DNA of 36,941 nt from an uncultured Thermococci archaeon (GCA_964615185.1 CAZTOS010000014.1:1-36941); one strand, 5' to 3'; shown: positions 1 through 9,183, counted from the first letter of the stretch. Program-made: numbers and translations. The notes: a model not told the origin generated them from the letters alone.

Positions 1-1
1 G

Positions 2-571
2 CTCCTTAAGGCAGAGTTCACCGCAATCAAGAAGGTCGTTGAGGAAGGCTACAACAACGTCGGTGTAATGCTTCCACTCGTCAGCCACCCATACCAGATC
101 AGAGAAGCAAAGAGAATTGCAAGAGAAGTCGGCCTTGAGCCACACAAGGAGGTTGCCTTTGGTATCATGGTTGAGGTTCCAGCTGCTGCAATAATCATTG
201 AAGACTTCATCAAGGAAGGAATTGACTTCATAAGCTTCGGTACAAACGACCTCACCCAGTACACACTCGCCCTTGACAGAGACAACGAAAACGTTGCAAA
301 GCTCTACGACGAGACACACCCAGCTGTGCTTAAGCTCATCAAGCACGTCATCAAGGTCTGTAAGAAGTATGGTGTTGAGACAAGCATCTGTGGACAGGCT
401 GGAAGTGATCCAAAGATGGCAAGAATCCTTGTCAGACTTGGAATCGACAGCATCTCAGCCAACCCAGACGCCGTTGAATTAATCAGAAAAGCCGTTGCAC
501 AAGAAGAGCGCAAGATAATGCTCGAAGCTGCAAGAAGACAAATCTTTAAGGACGAAGAAGACATCTTCTGA
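2..571 (+). CDS. ppsA: Phosphoenolpyruvate synthase, C-terminal part (5'-truncated by window)
   Basis: Frame open from base 2 (LLKAEFTAIKKVVEEGYNNVGVMLP...); PEP-utilising motifs GIMVEVP, SFGTNDLTQY, SICGQ. Confidence 0.95.
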   Translation, partial: LLKAEFTAIKKVVEEGYNNVGVMLPLVSHPYQIREAKRIAREVGLEPHKEVAFGIMVEVPAAAIIIEDFIKEGIDFISFGTNDLTQYTLALDRDNENVAKLYDETHPAVLKLIKHVIKVCKKYGVETSICGQAGSDPKMARILVRLGIDSISANPDAVELIRKAVAQEERKIMLEAARRQIFKDEEDIF

Positions 572-672
572 GGTCTCTTAGCTTTTCTCATTTTGTTAAT
601 CTCTCTGGGCTCTATTGTATCCCCATTCTGTGAGCGTATTGCTACCATACAGAAATATGGTTATCAGGACAA

Positions 673-800
673 CCGTTTCCGCTACCAGTTGCATTCGTTT
701 GTAACTGGTGCGGTTGGCTTTTTACTCCCGTTCACATTGGGTCCACCGGCTATCTCAGCAGGAGGTCATCAGCCTTCGGGCTGAACGGAAACAACCCCAA
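673..800 (-). other. Structured non-coding element, possible right-end/omega-RNA remnant of a TnpB-carrying (IS607 or IS200/IS605) element
   Basis: Hairpins 679-713, 726-734 pairing with 782-790, and TCAGCC-TTCG-GGCTGA at 769-784; minus strand reads ...GGGGTTGTTTCCGTTCAGCCCGAAGGCTGATGA...TAGCGGAAACGG; family assignment is from recalled resemblance only. Confidence 0.4.
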
Positions 801-845
801 AACAAAACCACACTCAAAACCTCAAAAATTTACGATTGCAAAAAC

Positions 846-1518
846 GATACTGTCAGGATAAGCGGTGGGGCGTTGGGTTTAAGTTTCTGATATCTCTTCA
901 GAAGAGAAAAGGGAGAAATCATGATGACCAGAAACATAATACACTGGGTCTTAAAAACCTTTTCGCCGGAACAATATTCCACCAGAAAATCAGGGCACTT
1001 GAGAGGCCTCAGCCACAGGCAAGTCGCAGAAATCCTGAAAATCAGTCACACGACAGTCCAAAAACTCGCAAAAACAATTTACCAGCTCTCGCAGTGAAAA
1101 AACAGAGTCGCAGTTGACGAGACTGTAATAAAGATTAATGGGCAGAAGGTTGTGATTGATGTTGAGAGCAGCTTGCAGTCTGGGCTACGAGCACCAGAAA
1201 CTGGTGGATTGCCGGTCTGGTTGTTTTAAAGTCCTGTGAGGGTCAGCCTGTTTTTCTGGTTGATGGGACAAAGTGGTACAAGTCTGCTTTTAAGTCTCTT
1301 GGATTGGAGTTTGTTCATGTGACTTTCGGGCACCAGAGTGTTGGTTCAGGACTGTTAAGGAGCGTTTTTGGAATAATTTCAGGAGTAGTGATTGGAGGAG
1401 GGTTCATAGTTTTTTGCTTTCTGGTATAATTTTGTTCGAACTCATTCTCGAGGTGGGCCGCCTGGTGATGGGAGTGAATGGCTTCAAGAGGTGATGCCAC
1501 AGCTCTCCTGACAGTATC
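846..1518 (+). mobile_element. Degenerate IS6-family element (ISPfu1/2-like) with fragmented transposase
   Basis: 13-bp terminal IR GATACTGTCAGGA (846-858) / TCCTGACAGTATC (1506-1518); transposase pieces in shifting frames: FRRNNIPPE, GLSHRQVAEILKISHTTV, VAVDETVIKINGQK, IDVES, RNWWIA, VVLKSCEGQPVFLVD, FWYNFVR, EWLQEVMPQLS*. Confidence 0.92.
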
Positions 1519-1576
1519 AGAATTCGGGTAAAAATACTTTTATTATGTCAATTGAGATGAGTAAATTGGTGGTGTT

Positions 1577-1936
1577 ATGGGGAATAAACCGAGATATACT
1601 ATCAGGATTTATATGGGAGCAAAGGACAAATATATTGCCCTGAGCCTTTGGGAAGCATATATTGACGGGTACGGAAAGTTTAGACCTGCCAACATAAGTA
1701 TGATAATCCACAACGAGGGTGTGGAAGCTAAAGCATCTATGAGAACCGAGACTGCAGCCAGGTTGGCAGCTGTCTTGCTTAATATGGTTGCCGAAGCTGA
1801 AAAATTAACCATGAAGGAGAGAAAGAGAATAAGTATCGAAGAAAAACTTGAGGAGCAACTCCTTCTTGAAGAGGAGGAAGAGGACATTTTGAGTAATGTA
1901 GAGGAAGTAGAAGCCACTATTAACGAGGAGTTATGA
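1577..1936 (+). CDS. Hypothetical protein with acidic C-terminal tail
   Basis: 119-aa ORF, GGTGGTG RBS, TTTATT TATA-like element ~1540, natural composition. Confidence 0.75.
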   Translation: MGNKPRYTIRIYMGAKDKYIALSLWEAYIDGYGKFRPANISMIIHNEGVEAKASMRTETAARLAAVLLNMVAEAEKLTMKERKRISIEEKLEEQLLLEEEEEDILSNVEEVEATINEEL

Positions 1937-1944
1937 ACTCGAAA

Positions 1945-2122
1945 GAGACTGTCAAGATAAGTTGAGCGTCACTTCCAGAAAATTATAAACTACAAAAAAG
2001 CTTTGAACCGAAGTAAAAGAAGACTTGTACGGGGGTTAACTTCCTCAACCAAGAACTCCCACACCACATTCATGATCAGAATTAACTATCAACCAATACT
2101 TCACTGTTATCTTGACAGTCTC
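1945..2122 (-). mobile_element. 178-bp IS6-type MITE / internally deleted IS
   Basis: Perfect 16-bp IR GAGACTGTCAAGATAA (1945-1960) / TTATCTTGACAGTCTC (2107-2122), similar to the IS6 IR at 846; minus strand ends YNFLEVTLNLS* with the stop inside the IR, as in the IS6 transposase. Confidence 0.85.
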
Positions 2123-2220
2123 GCAAAACATACAAATGCAACAAAAGAAACCACCAAAAGAACACCCTCCAAATTCCACAAAGTTTTTATCTTAACATTT
2201 CGATAGTCATTTGATCTACA

Positions 2221-3612
2221 ATGACACCAAAAATACACGAGATGAGACAAGAAATCGTTGAGGGCAATATAGAAAAGACCCTTTTCAGGCTATCTTGGCC
2301 TTTAATAGTGAACAACATAATCCAAGTACTCTACAACATAACAGACACCTTTTGGCTTGGCAGACTTGGGAGAGAGGCTTTATCTGCACCCGGTGTTGCA
2401 TGGCCTCTAATTGGAACACTCATGAGCCTCGGAATGGGCTTTGCCACAGCTGGCTTCGCATTTGTAGGACAATATATTGGAGCAGAGGAATACAAGAAAG
2501 CCGAAAGAGCTGCCGGGGCGGTTTATTCATTGATGTTCATCTTTGCCTCCATTGTAGCTGTTGTTGGTTATCTAATAGTCCCCTATGCTTTGAGGTTTAT
2601 GAAGGTTACTGAAAACGTATATCCCCATTCATTAAGCTACACAAGAATAATCTTTATCGGGATACCCTTTGCCTTTAGCTTCATGGCATTCAGCTTCCTT
2701 ATGAGAGCAACTGGAGACACAAAAACTCCAGTTAAGATAAGCTTCTTTACAGTGGGTTTGAACATAATCCTTGATCCCATCTTAATTTTCGGTTTATTTG
2801 GATTTCCAAAGCTTGGTGTGGCGGGAGCTGCATTAGCTACAATAATCTCGAACACCACCGGTTCAATAATTGGAATGCACCTTCTGTTAGCTGGAAAAGT
2901 GGGCATTCACTTAACAAGGGAAGACTTAAAACCGGATCTAAGATTTTATGCAAGAATATTTAAAGTAGGGCTACCCTCAAGCATAGGCTCATCAGCGAAC
3001 AGCTTTGGGTTCGTAATCCTAACAAGGATTATTTTTGGATTTGGAGACGTTACCTACGCCGCTTACACAATAACAACCCGTTTGGTGAATTTTCTGACAA
3101 GCATTTCAAGAGGAATTTCAATGGCAATGGGAACGATGATTGCACAAAATATCGGAGCGGAGAAATATGAGAGAGCAAAGAAGATAGCCGAAAGAACAAT
3201 GCTCGTTAACTTTACCATCGCAAGCATTGCTATTCTTTTAATTGGGATTTTCAGGGTTCAAGTTTTTAGAGTATTCCTAAATGATCCCGCGGTAATAGCA
3301 GAGAGTGCAATAGTGCTGAAGTACTTCCTCATTTCAGTGCCGTTTTTCAACGGCGTTTTCATGGTTGTTGACAATGTCTTCAGGAGTTCGGGACATACAA
3401 AGAAGAGCATGATATTGGGGATTTTGAGACTTTGGGGGCTTAGAATTCCTTTAAGCTATATTTTGGGATACCACATCTTCATATCATCAAAAGGAGTTTT
3501 CTTAGGCATGGGGTTGAGCAACTTCATAGCCTCTGGGGTGGGTTTGCTGTGGTTCTTCAAAGGGTCTTGGATGAAGAGGATTATTGAGGAAGAAGCTGGA
3601 TCAACAAGTTAA
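2221..3612 (+). CDS. MATE family efflux transporter
   Basis: ~12 TM segments; LYNITDTFWLGRLG, RATGDTKTP, NIILDPILIFG, LGVAGAALAT motifs. Confidence 0.93.
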   Translation: MTPKIHEMRQEIVEGNIEKTLFRLSWPLIVNNIIQVLYNITDTFWLGRLGREALSAPGVAWPLIGTLMSLGMGFATAGFAFVGQYIGAEEYKKAERAAGAVYSLMFIFASIVAVVGYLIVPYALRFMKVTENVYPHSLSYTRIIFIGIPFAFSFMAFSFLMRATGDTKTPVKISFFTVGLNIILDPILIFGLFGFPKLGVAGAALATIISNTTGSIIGMHLLLAGKVGIHLTREDLKPDLRFYARIFKVGLPSSIGSSANSFGFVILTRIIFGFGDVTYAAYTITTRLVNFLTSISRGISMAMGTMIAQNIGAEKYERAKKIAERTMLVNFTIASIAILLIGIFRVQVFRVFLNDPAVIAESAIVLKYFLISVPFFNGVFMVVDNVFRSSGHTKKSMILGILRLWGLRIPLSYILGYHIFISSKGVFLGMGLSNFIASGVGLLWFFKGSWMKRIIEEEAGSTS

Positions 3613-3613
3613 A

Positions 3614-3701
3614 TGGTGCGGGGGCGGGGATTTGAACCCCGGAACCCCTACGGGAGTGGATCTTGAGTCCACCGCCTTTGACCAGGCTCGGCAACCCCCG
3701 C
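3614..3701 (-). tRNA. tRNA-Leu(CAA)
   Basis: Reverse complement GCGGGGG...GTGGA-CT-CAA-GA-TCCAC, long variable arm, GGTTCAAATCC T-loop, encoded CCA; 88 nt. Confidence 0.97.
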
Positions 3702-3845
3702 ACTCCATCTCTCTATACAATGGTGCAGTTTTAAAAACCTTATGGTTTACATTTTTCCGAGAACTAAATTTTCACTTTTAAGGCTTTGATTCATCATTAA
3801 CTGAACTCACCAAACTATTTAACCTCAACTTTCAAATTCTAAAAC

Positions 3846-4637
3846 ATGCTAAGAATACTCACTTATGAAACTCCAAATGACCCCTATCTAAACTTGGCTT
3901 TTGAAGAAGCCTTAGCAAGAGCCAGGTCAAAGGATTTAGTTGAGGATACATTAAGAATATGGAGAAATGAAAAAGCTCTGATTTTGGGGTATTTTAGAAA
4001 TCCCGAGGAAGATATCAATCTTCTGATGGCCAGAAAGATAAAAATCCCGATAGTTCGACGCTTCAGCGGAGGAGGAACTGTTTATCATGATATTGGTTGT
4101 GTTAACTATTCTTTGGCAATAAAAAGAGATGTTAAGTTCCCAATCTCTTATCTTTATAATGAACTCTTAAAAGGCACGTTGCTTGCTCTAAAAAAGCTGG
4201 GAGTTAGTGCATATGTGAAAAATACCAATGACATCGTAGTGAACGAAAGAAAAGTTTCTGGCACTGCGGCAAGCATAAAATGGGGTGTATTGTTTTTGCA
4301 TGGTTCAATTTTAATAAATTCAGACTTAAAAATGCTTTACCTTCTATTAAAAATCCCAAAGAACATTAAACCGGCAATAGACCCCGTAAAATACCGAGTT
4401 ACCAACCTTTCATTATTCCTTGGAAACATTGATATCGATGAAATTATGAACGCTTTAATCTCCAGCTATTCAAAAATACTCATGAGTGACTACTATTTTG
4501 ATGAGCCAGGAAAAGAAGAGCTCAAAATTGCCAATATTCTTCTCAAAGAAAAGTACTTGAAAGACGAATGGAATTTCAAAGTGCCACCTAAAACAAATGA
4601 AAAAGAGATTGAAAATAAAATCAATGCGATTCTATAA
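3846..4637 (+). CDS. lplA: Lipoate-protein ligase A family catalytic domain
   Basis: NLAFEEAL, VRRFSGGGTVYHD, NDIVVNERKVSGTA, LHGSIL motifs; no C-terminal LplA-B domain. Confidence 0.9.
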   Translation: MLRILTYETPNDPYLNLAFEEALARARSKDLVEDTLRIWRNEKALILGYFRNPEEDINLLMARKIKIPIVRRFSGGGTVYHDIGCVNYSLAIKRDVKFPISYLYNELLKGTLLALKKLGVSAYVKNTNDIVVNERKVSGTAASIKWGVLFLHGSILINSDLKMLYLLLKIPKNIKPAIDPVKYRVTNLSLFLGNIDIDEIMNALISSYSKILMSDYYFDEPGKEELKIANILLKEKYLKDEWNFKVPPKTNEKEIENKINAIL

Positions 4638-4639
4638 GG

Positions 4640-5620
4640 TTAGCCGTCAAAGAATCCCCTCTCAGCTGCAATCCTCAATGTCTTCTGATAATCTATGACC
4701 CTCGGTCCATTTCTTGTAACTCTTGCTGTAACTTCTCCCTTCACTTCAGCTTCTCTTTCACCATCCAAAGCAAATAGAGAGGGGGTAGTTTTTATTTCAA
4801 CTTCTTCTCCAAGCTCTAAGGTTCTATAACTTTTAACACTAACCTCTCTTAAAACCCCGGGAGCTATTGGGGCCCTTATCTTCTTTCCTTCTCCAAGCTC
4901 AACATATAAACCCAAATCCTCATATTCACGTATCTCTTTTATTATTCCCGGAATTGAGCTCAGCCCGATATTTGAAGGTGAACATACACTCACAACGATT
5001 TCTTTTAGATATTCAGGCTTCCAAACAGCTCTCGAACCAACAAAGAAGTGTGTGGTTGCAGCAGCATCTATCAACGCTATATCTTTTAGCTCACCATCTT
5101 CAAAAATTTCAACCCTTTTGGCTTTGTAAGTTCCTTCCTCTGGCTTTACGATACGAGTGGCTATTGCCGCAACTGCTTCACCTGCTATTGTTGCTTCTAT
5201 CATATATGGGAAAACGTTGTTGGTCCCTGTCGAGATTGGCATTATTGGTGTGTCCCCACAGACTTTTGCAACAACTCTATTAGTCCCATCCCCTCCAATG
5301 ACGATTATGGCACCCACTTTATCTCTCATTAGCTTCGTTGCCTCATAGGTATCTCTCCAAGTTCCAAAGACCTTTATAGGGAGAAACTCAACTTCTAAAT
5401 TCAAATGCTCTTCTATTAAGTGCATTGCCGCTGGAACAATTCCAAATGTCTCTGGCATGGCCAAGACTTTTTCAACACCAAAGCTCTGAAGTATCATTAG
5501 TAATCTTTTGACTATGCTCACCTTTTCCATGTTATCGAAAACGCTTGCATGGGCAATTAATCTCCTTATATCTCTCCCAGATTCTGGATTTGCGATAATC
5601 CCAACGGTTGCTTTCTTCAT
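4640..5620 (-). CDS. acoX: AcoX-like ATP-NAD kinase family protein
   Basis: VGIIANPESGRDIRRL, GGDGTNR, STGTNNVFP, ALDGERE; ATG overlaps the upstream stop (ATGA). Confidence 0.85.
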   Translation of the reverse strand: MKKATVGIIANPESGRDIRRLIAHASVFDNMEKVSIVKRLLMILQSFGVEKVLAMPETFGIVPAAMHLIEEHLNLEVEFLPIKVFGTWRDTYEATKLMRDKVGAIIVIGGDGTNRVVAKVCGDTPIMPISTGTNNVFPYMIEATIAGEAVAAIATRIVKPEEGTYKAKRVEIFEDGELKDIALIDAAATTHFFVGSRAVWKPEYLKEIVVSVCSPSNIGLSSIPGIIKEIREYEDLGLYVELGEGKKIRAPIAPGVLREVSVKSYRTLELGEEVEIKTTPSLFALDGEREAEVKGEVTARVTRNGPRVIDYQKTLRIAAERGFFDG

Positions 5621-6000
5621 TTGCACTCTCTCCTTACATAAATCGTAATAAATGCTATTGCTATCAACATCTCGTTCGTTTTATCTCCAAATTCCTCAAG
5701 AGCTATCCCTGGACCTTTTAATCCGCCATTAACAACGTTAATAACTTTCTCACATCTTAATGGAATAGCCTTACGAACCTCTTCAACATCAACGTTTTCT
5801 GGGTATGGAATCCCTATGATAGCTTCGACTTTTACGTCTCTTTCAAAATCAAGCTCAAACAACTCAAGCAATCCAACTGTGCAAATTCTGCTTATAGCGT
5901 CTTTGACTGCTTTTATAGCTGCCTTTGTTGAGTCCTGACCATGCTGATCAATTCCCATACCAATTTCTATAACATATCTTTTCCATTCACTCAACTTCAA
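5617..6000 (-). CDS. Lin0512 family protein (TTG start uncertain, 6000 or 5994)
   Basis: KRYVIEIGMGIDQHGQDSTKAAIKAVKDAI signature. Confidence 0.8.
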   Translation of the reverse strand: MKLSEWKRYVIEIGMGIDQHGQDSTKAAIKAVKDAISRICTVGLLELFELDFERDVKVEAIIGIPYPENVDVEEVRKAIPLRCEKVINVVNGGLKGPGIALEEFGDKTNEMLIAIAFITIYVRRECK

Positions 6001-6808
6001 ACACTTCCTCTGGGTTTTCCAAGTAGTGCTTAACCTTTTGTAGAAATTTAGCCGCCGGGGCTCCATCTATTACCCTATGGTCAAAACTTAAAGATAGATT
6101 CATGACGTTGCAAATCTTGATTTCTCCATCTTTTACTACAGGTTTTTTCGCAATTCTGTTAAGTCCTAAAATTGCTATCTGCGGAGGGTTAATTATTGGG
6201 GTGAAAGAATCTACTCCAAACATGCCAAGGTTTGTCACTGTAAAAGTTCCTCCAACAAAGTCTTTCTCCTTGAGAATGCCTTTTTTAGCCCTCTCGACCA
6301 AATCTTGGTAATCACTTAAAAGTTCTTCCAAGCTTTTCTTGTCCACATCCCTTATAACAGGTGTAATAAGACCTATTGGACTATCAACAGCTATGTTAAT
6401 ATTTACATCATCGTAGATTACTATTTTATTGCCTTCCGTTGTTGCGTTTATTTCTATGAAGTCTCTAATTGCTTTTGCAATGCACTTGAGCATTAAAACA
6501 GTGTAAGATGGCTTCTTTCCCAGCTTTTTTGCCAATTTTTCCCTTATTTCAATAAGCTTGTCCATCTCAACCTCCATGTTGAGGGTTACATGGACTGCCT
6601 CTCTGTAGCTTTTGGAGAGCCTATCTCCTATAACCTTTCTAATTCCAAAAATCTTGAGTTCTTGTTTCACCTTTGGATAAAAATGTTCTTTTATGTAAGC
6701 TTCAAGGTCTTGAAGGGTAACCTCCCCATTTGGCCCAGAACCCTTTATCTTAGACAAATCTATGTCATATTGCTCTGCTATCCTCCTAACCTGCTCATTA
6801 ACCTCCAT
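5987..6808 (-). CDS. Dihydrolipoamide acyltransferase E2 (subunit-binding + catalytic domains, no lipoyl domain)
   Basis: IDLSKIKGSGPNGEV binding domain; GGTFTVTNLG, PIINPPQ, catalytic FDHRVIDG. Confidence 0.92.
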   Translation of the reverse strand: MEVNEQVRRIAEQYDIDLSKIKGSGPNGEVTLQDLEAYIKEHFYPKVKQELKIFGIRKVIGDRLSKSYREAVHVTLNMEVEMDKLIEIREKLAKKLGKKPSYTVLMLKCIAKAIRDFIEINATTEGNKIVIYDDVNINIAVDSPIGLITPVIRDVDKKSLEELLSDYQDLVERAKKGILKEKDFVGGTFTVTNLGMFGVDSFTPIINPPQIAILGLNRIAKKPVVKDGEIKICNVMNLSLSFDHRVIDGAPAAKFLQKVKHYLENPEEVFEVE

Positions 6809-6812
6809 ACTA

Positions 6813-7058
6813 TCACCCTTCTACCTCAATAATCCCGATAGGCTCCCCCACGGGAACTTCATCTCCTACATCATGTAAAATCTCAACTAAAATTCCGCTT
6901 GCCGGAGCTTCCACTTCCCCAGTTATTTTTTCTGACTCTACTGTTGCAATAACTTCACCCTTTTCTACCTTTTCACCCACCTTCTTTCTCCATTCTACTA
7001 TCGTTCCCTTCGTCATTGTCAAACCAAATTTTGGCATGATCACATTTACTTTTTTCAT
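6813..7058 (-). CDS. Stand-alone lipoyl-domain carrier protein
   Basis: MPKFGLTMTKGTIVEW...VESEKITGEVEAPASG; own GGTGA RBS and stop. Confidence 0.9.
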   Translation of the reverse strand: MKKVNVIMPKFGLTMTKGTIVEWRKKVGEKVEKGEVIATVESEKITGEVEAPASGILVEILHDVGDEVPVGEPIGIIEVEG

Positions 7059-7102
7059 AGTTATCACCCAAAAATAACAACTTCGTTAGGATATTAGCCC
7101 AT

Positions 7103-7142
7103 AATTTGTATATAACTCTTGCGAAAAACGTATATACAAATT
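7103..7142. promoter_or_regulatory. Back-to-back divergent TATA elements forming a 12-bp inverted repeat
   Basis: AATTTGTATATA (7103-7114) / TATATACAAATT (7131-7142); purine-rich BRE-like GAAAAAC precedes the + strand TATA. Confidence 0.6.
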
Positions 7143-7207
7143 TTGCAAATAATGACATTGGTTAAATCTATTCTTGGGTGTAATCTAAACTTAGTGGAGG
7201 GAAGGAA

Positions 7208-8212
7208 ATGCCAGTAGAAGAAATTCCAAAAGAGACTCTCTTGTGGATGTATGAGACTATGGTAAGGATAAGGGTTCATGAGGAAAGGGTGGCAGAACTC
7301 TTTGCTCAGGGAAAAGTTCCAGGCTTTGTACACCTATACATTGGAGAAGAAGCCATTGCAGCAGGAGTTATAGCTCATTTAAGAAAGGATGATTTTATTA
7401 CAAGCACCCACAGAGGACATGGGCACTATATAGCGAAGGGAGGAGACATTAAAGCTTCAATGGCTGAGCTTTTTGGCAAAAAGACGGGGAGTTGTAAGGG
7501 CAAAGGTGGCTCAATGCACATTGCCGATCTGGATGTGGGGGAATTAGGAGCAAATGGCATCGTTGGTGGCGGAATTCCTCATGCAGTAGGAGCGGCATTG
7601 GGAATAAAACTAAATGGCCTTGAGAGGGTGGCAGTTGCATTCTTTGGCGATGGTGCAGCTAATCAGGGGACTTTTCATGAGTCTTTGAACTTGGCATCAA
7701 TATGGAAGCTTCCAGTTGTTTTTGTTTGTGAAAACAACCAATATCAGATATCTCTTCCAGCAAAAGAGCACACAAATGTCAAAGACATTGCTGAAAGGGC
7801 AAAGGCATATGGAATTCCCGGAGTTGCCGTTGATGGTCAGGATGTCTTAGCAGTTTATGAAGTTGCAAAAGAGGCCATCGAAAGGGCAAGGAGAGGAGAG
7901 GGTCCGACGCTGATAGAGGTAAAGACCTACAGGTTTAGAGGACATTTTGAAGGAGATCCGCAAGTTTACAGATCCAAGGAAGAGGTTGAGTGGTGGAAAG
8001 AAAACAAGGATCCAATAAAGATTTTTGAGAAAGTTCTCTTAGAAAAGGGAATCTTTACAAAAGAAGAACTTGAGAAGGTCTGGGAAAAGGCAAGAAAAGA
8101 AATTGAAGAGGCCGTGAAATTTGCAGAGGAAAGCCCATGGCCTACAAAGGAGGATTTAACGGAAGACGTGTTTTCTACCCCAACTAAGGGGGTGTTAGTA
8201 TGGCAATGGTGA
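7208..8212 (+). CDS. acoA: TPP-dependent acetoin/2-oxoacid dehydrogenase E1 alpha
   Basis: GFVHLYIGEEA, STHRGHGH, GKGGSMH, FGDGA...ENNQY TPP motif, YRFRGHFEGDPQ. Confidence 0.9.
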   Translation: MPVEEIPKETLLWMYETMVRIRVHEERVAELFAQGKVPGFVHLYIGEEAIAAGVIAHLRKDDFITSTHRGHGHYIAKGGDIKASMAELFGKKTGSCKGKGGSMHIADLDVGELGANGIVGGGIPHAVGAALGIKLNGLERVAVAFFGDGAANQGTFHESLNLASIWKLPVVFVCENNQYQISLPAKEHTNVKDIAERAKAYGIPGVAVDGQDVLAVYEVAKEAIERARRGEGPTLIEVKTYRFRGHFEGDPQVYRSKEEVEWWKENKDPIKIFEKVLLEKGIFTKEELEKVWEKARKEIEEAVKFAEESPWPTKEDLTEDVFSTPTKGVLVWQW

Positions 8213-9183
8213 GAGAAATAACTTTCGCTCAAGCCATAAATGAAGCATTGGACTACGAGATGTCAAAAGATGAAAAAGTAATAATTATGGGTGAGGATGT
8301 AGGAAGATACGGAGGGATTTTCGGGGCAACTGCAGGGCTTTATGAGAAGTATGGCCCTGAAAGAGTAAGGGACACACCAATAAGCGAGTCTGGTTTTATT
8401 GGAGCCGCTATAGGAGCCGCCGCTACAGGTCTTCTAAGACCAGTGGTAGAACTCATGTTCATAGACTTCCTCGGAGTTACTTTCGATCAGATATTCAACC
8501 AAGCGGCAAAAATGAGGTATATGTTCGGTGGAAAAGCAAAAATCCCAATGGTTCTAAGAACAACATGTGGAGCAGGCTTCTCAGCAGCAGCACAACACTC
8601 ACAGTCACTTCACGCCTTGTTTGTGCATGTCCCTGGATTAAAAGTGGTCATGCCCTCTACACCCTATGATGCAAAAGGCTTGCTAATTGCCTCAATTGAA
8701 GACGACGACCCCGTGGTCTTTATAGAACATAAAGGTCTTTATGGAATCAAAGGCCCAGTTCCTGAAGAAGCATACTCAATTCCACTGGGGGAAGCTGACA
8801 TCAAGAAGGAAGGAAAAGATGCTACAATTGTTGCAACAGCGGCAATGGTTCACAAAGCATTAGAGGCCGCAAATAAGCTTGAGGAAGAAGGAATAAGCGT
8901 TGAAGTAGTTGACCCAAGAACTTTAGTTCCCTTAGATGTTGACACAATAGTCAATTCCATAAAGAAGACCGGAAGACTCGTTGTTGTAGATGAGGGGTAT
9001 CCAAGATGTAGCTTCGCAACAGATATAGCGGCAATAGCCGCAAGTAAAGCGTTTGAGTATTTAAAGGCTCCTGTTAAACTGGTAACCCCACCAGCAACCC
9101 CAATTCCATTCAGCCCAGCCTTAGAAAAAGAGTGGATCCCAAGTGCCGAAAAGATCGAAAAAGCCGTCAAAGAAATCCTTTGA
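8200..9183 (+). CDS. acoB: Acetoin/2-oxoacid dehydrogenase E1 beta
   Basis: MGEDVG, RVRDTPISE, NQAAKMRYMFGG, AAQHSQ, PGLKVVMPSTPYDAKGLL. Confidence 0.9.
   Translation: MAMVREITFAQAINEALDYEMSKDEKVIIMGEDVGRYGGIFGATAGLYEKYGPERVRDTPISESGFIGAAIGAAATGLLRPVVELMFIDFLGVTFDQIFNQAAKMRYMFGGKAKIPMVLRTTCGAGFSAAAQHSQSLHALFVHVPGLKVVMPSTPYDAKGLLIASIEDDDPVVFIEHKGLYGIKGPVPEEAYSIPLGEADIKKEGKDATIVATAAMVHKALEAANKLEEEGISVEVVDPRTLVPLDVDTIVNSIKKTGRLVVVDEGYPRCSFATDIAAIAASKAFEYLKAPVKLVTPPATPIPFSPALEKEWIPSAEKIEKAVKEIL

Noticed and set aside
593..1117. ORFs 593-784, 708-890 and 836-1117 as genes
   Set aside because: They cross the structured element and decayed IS; only short parts are transposase fragments
2003..2206. 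67-aa ORF
   Set aside because: Runs across the MITE boundary, TTG start without RBS
3584..3781. 65-aa ORF
   Set aside because: Antisense shadow of tRNA-Leu
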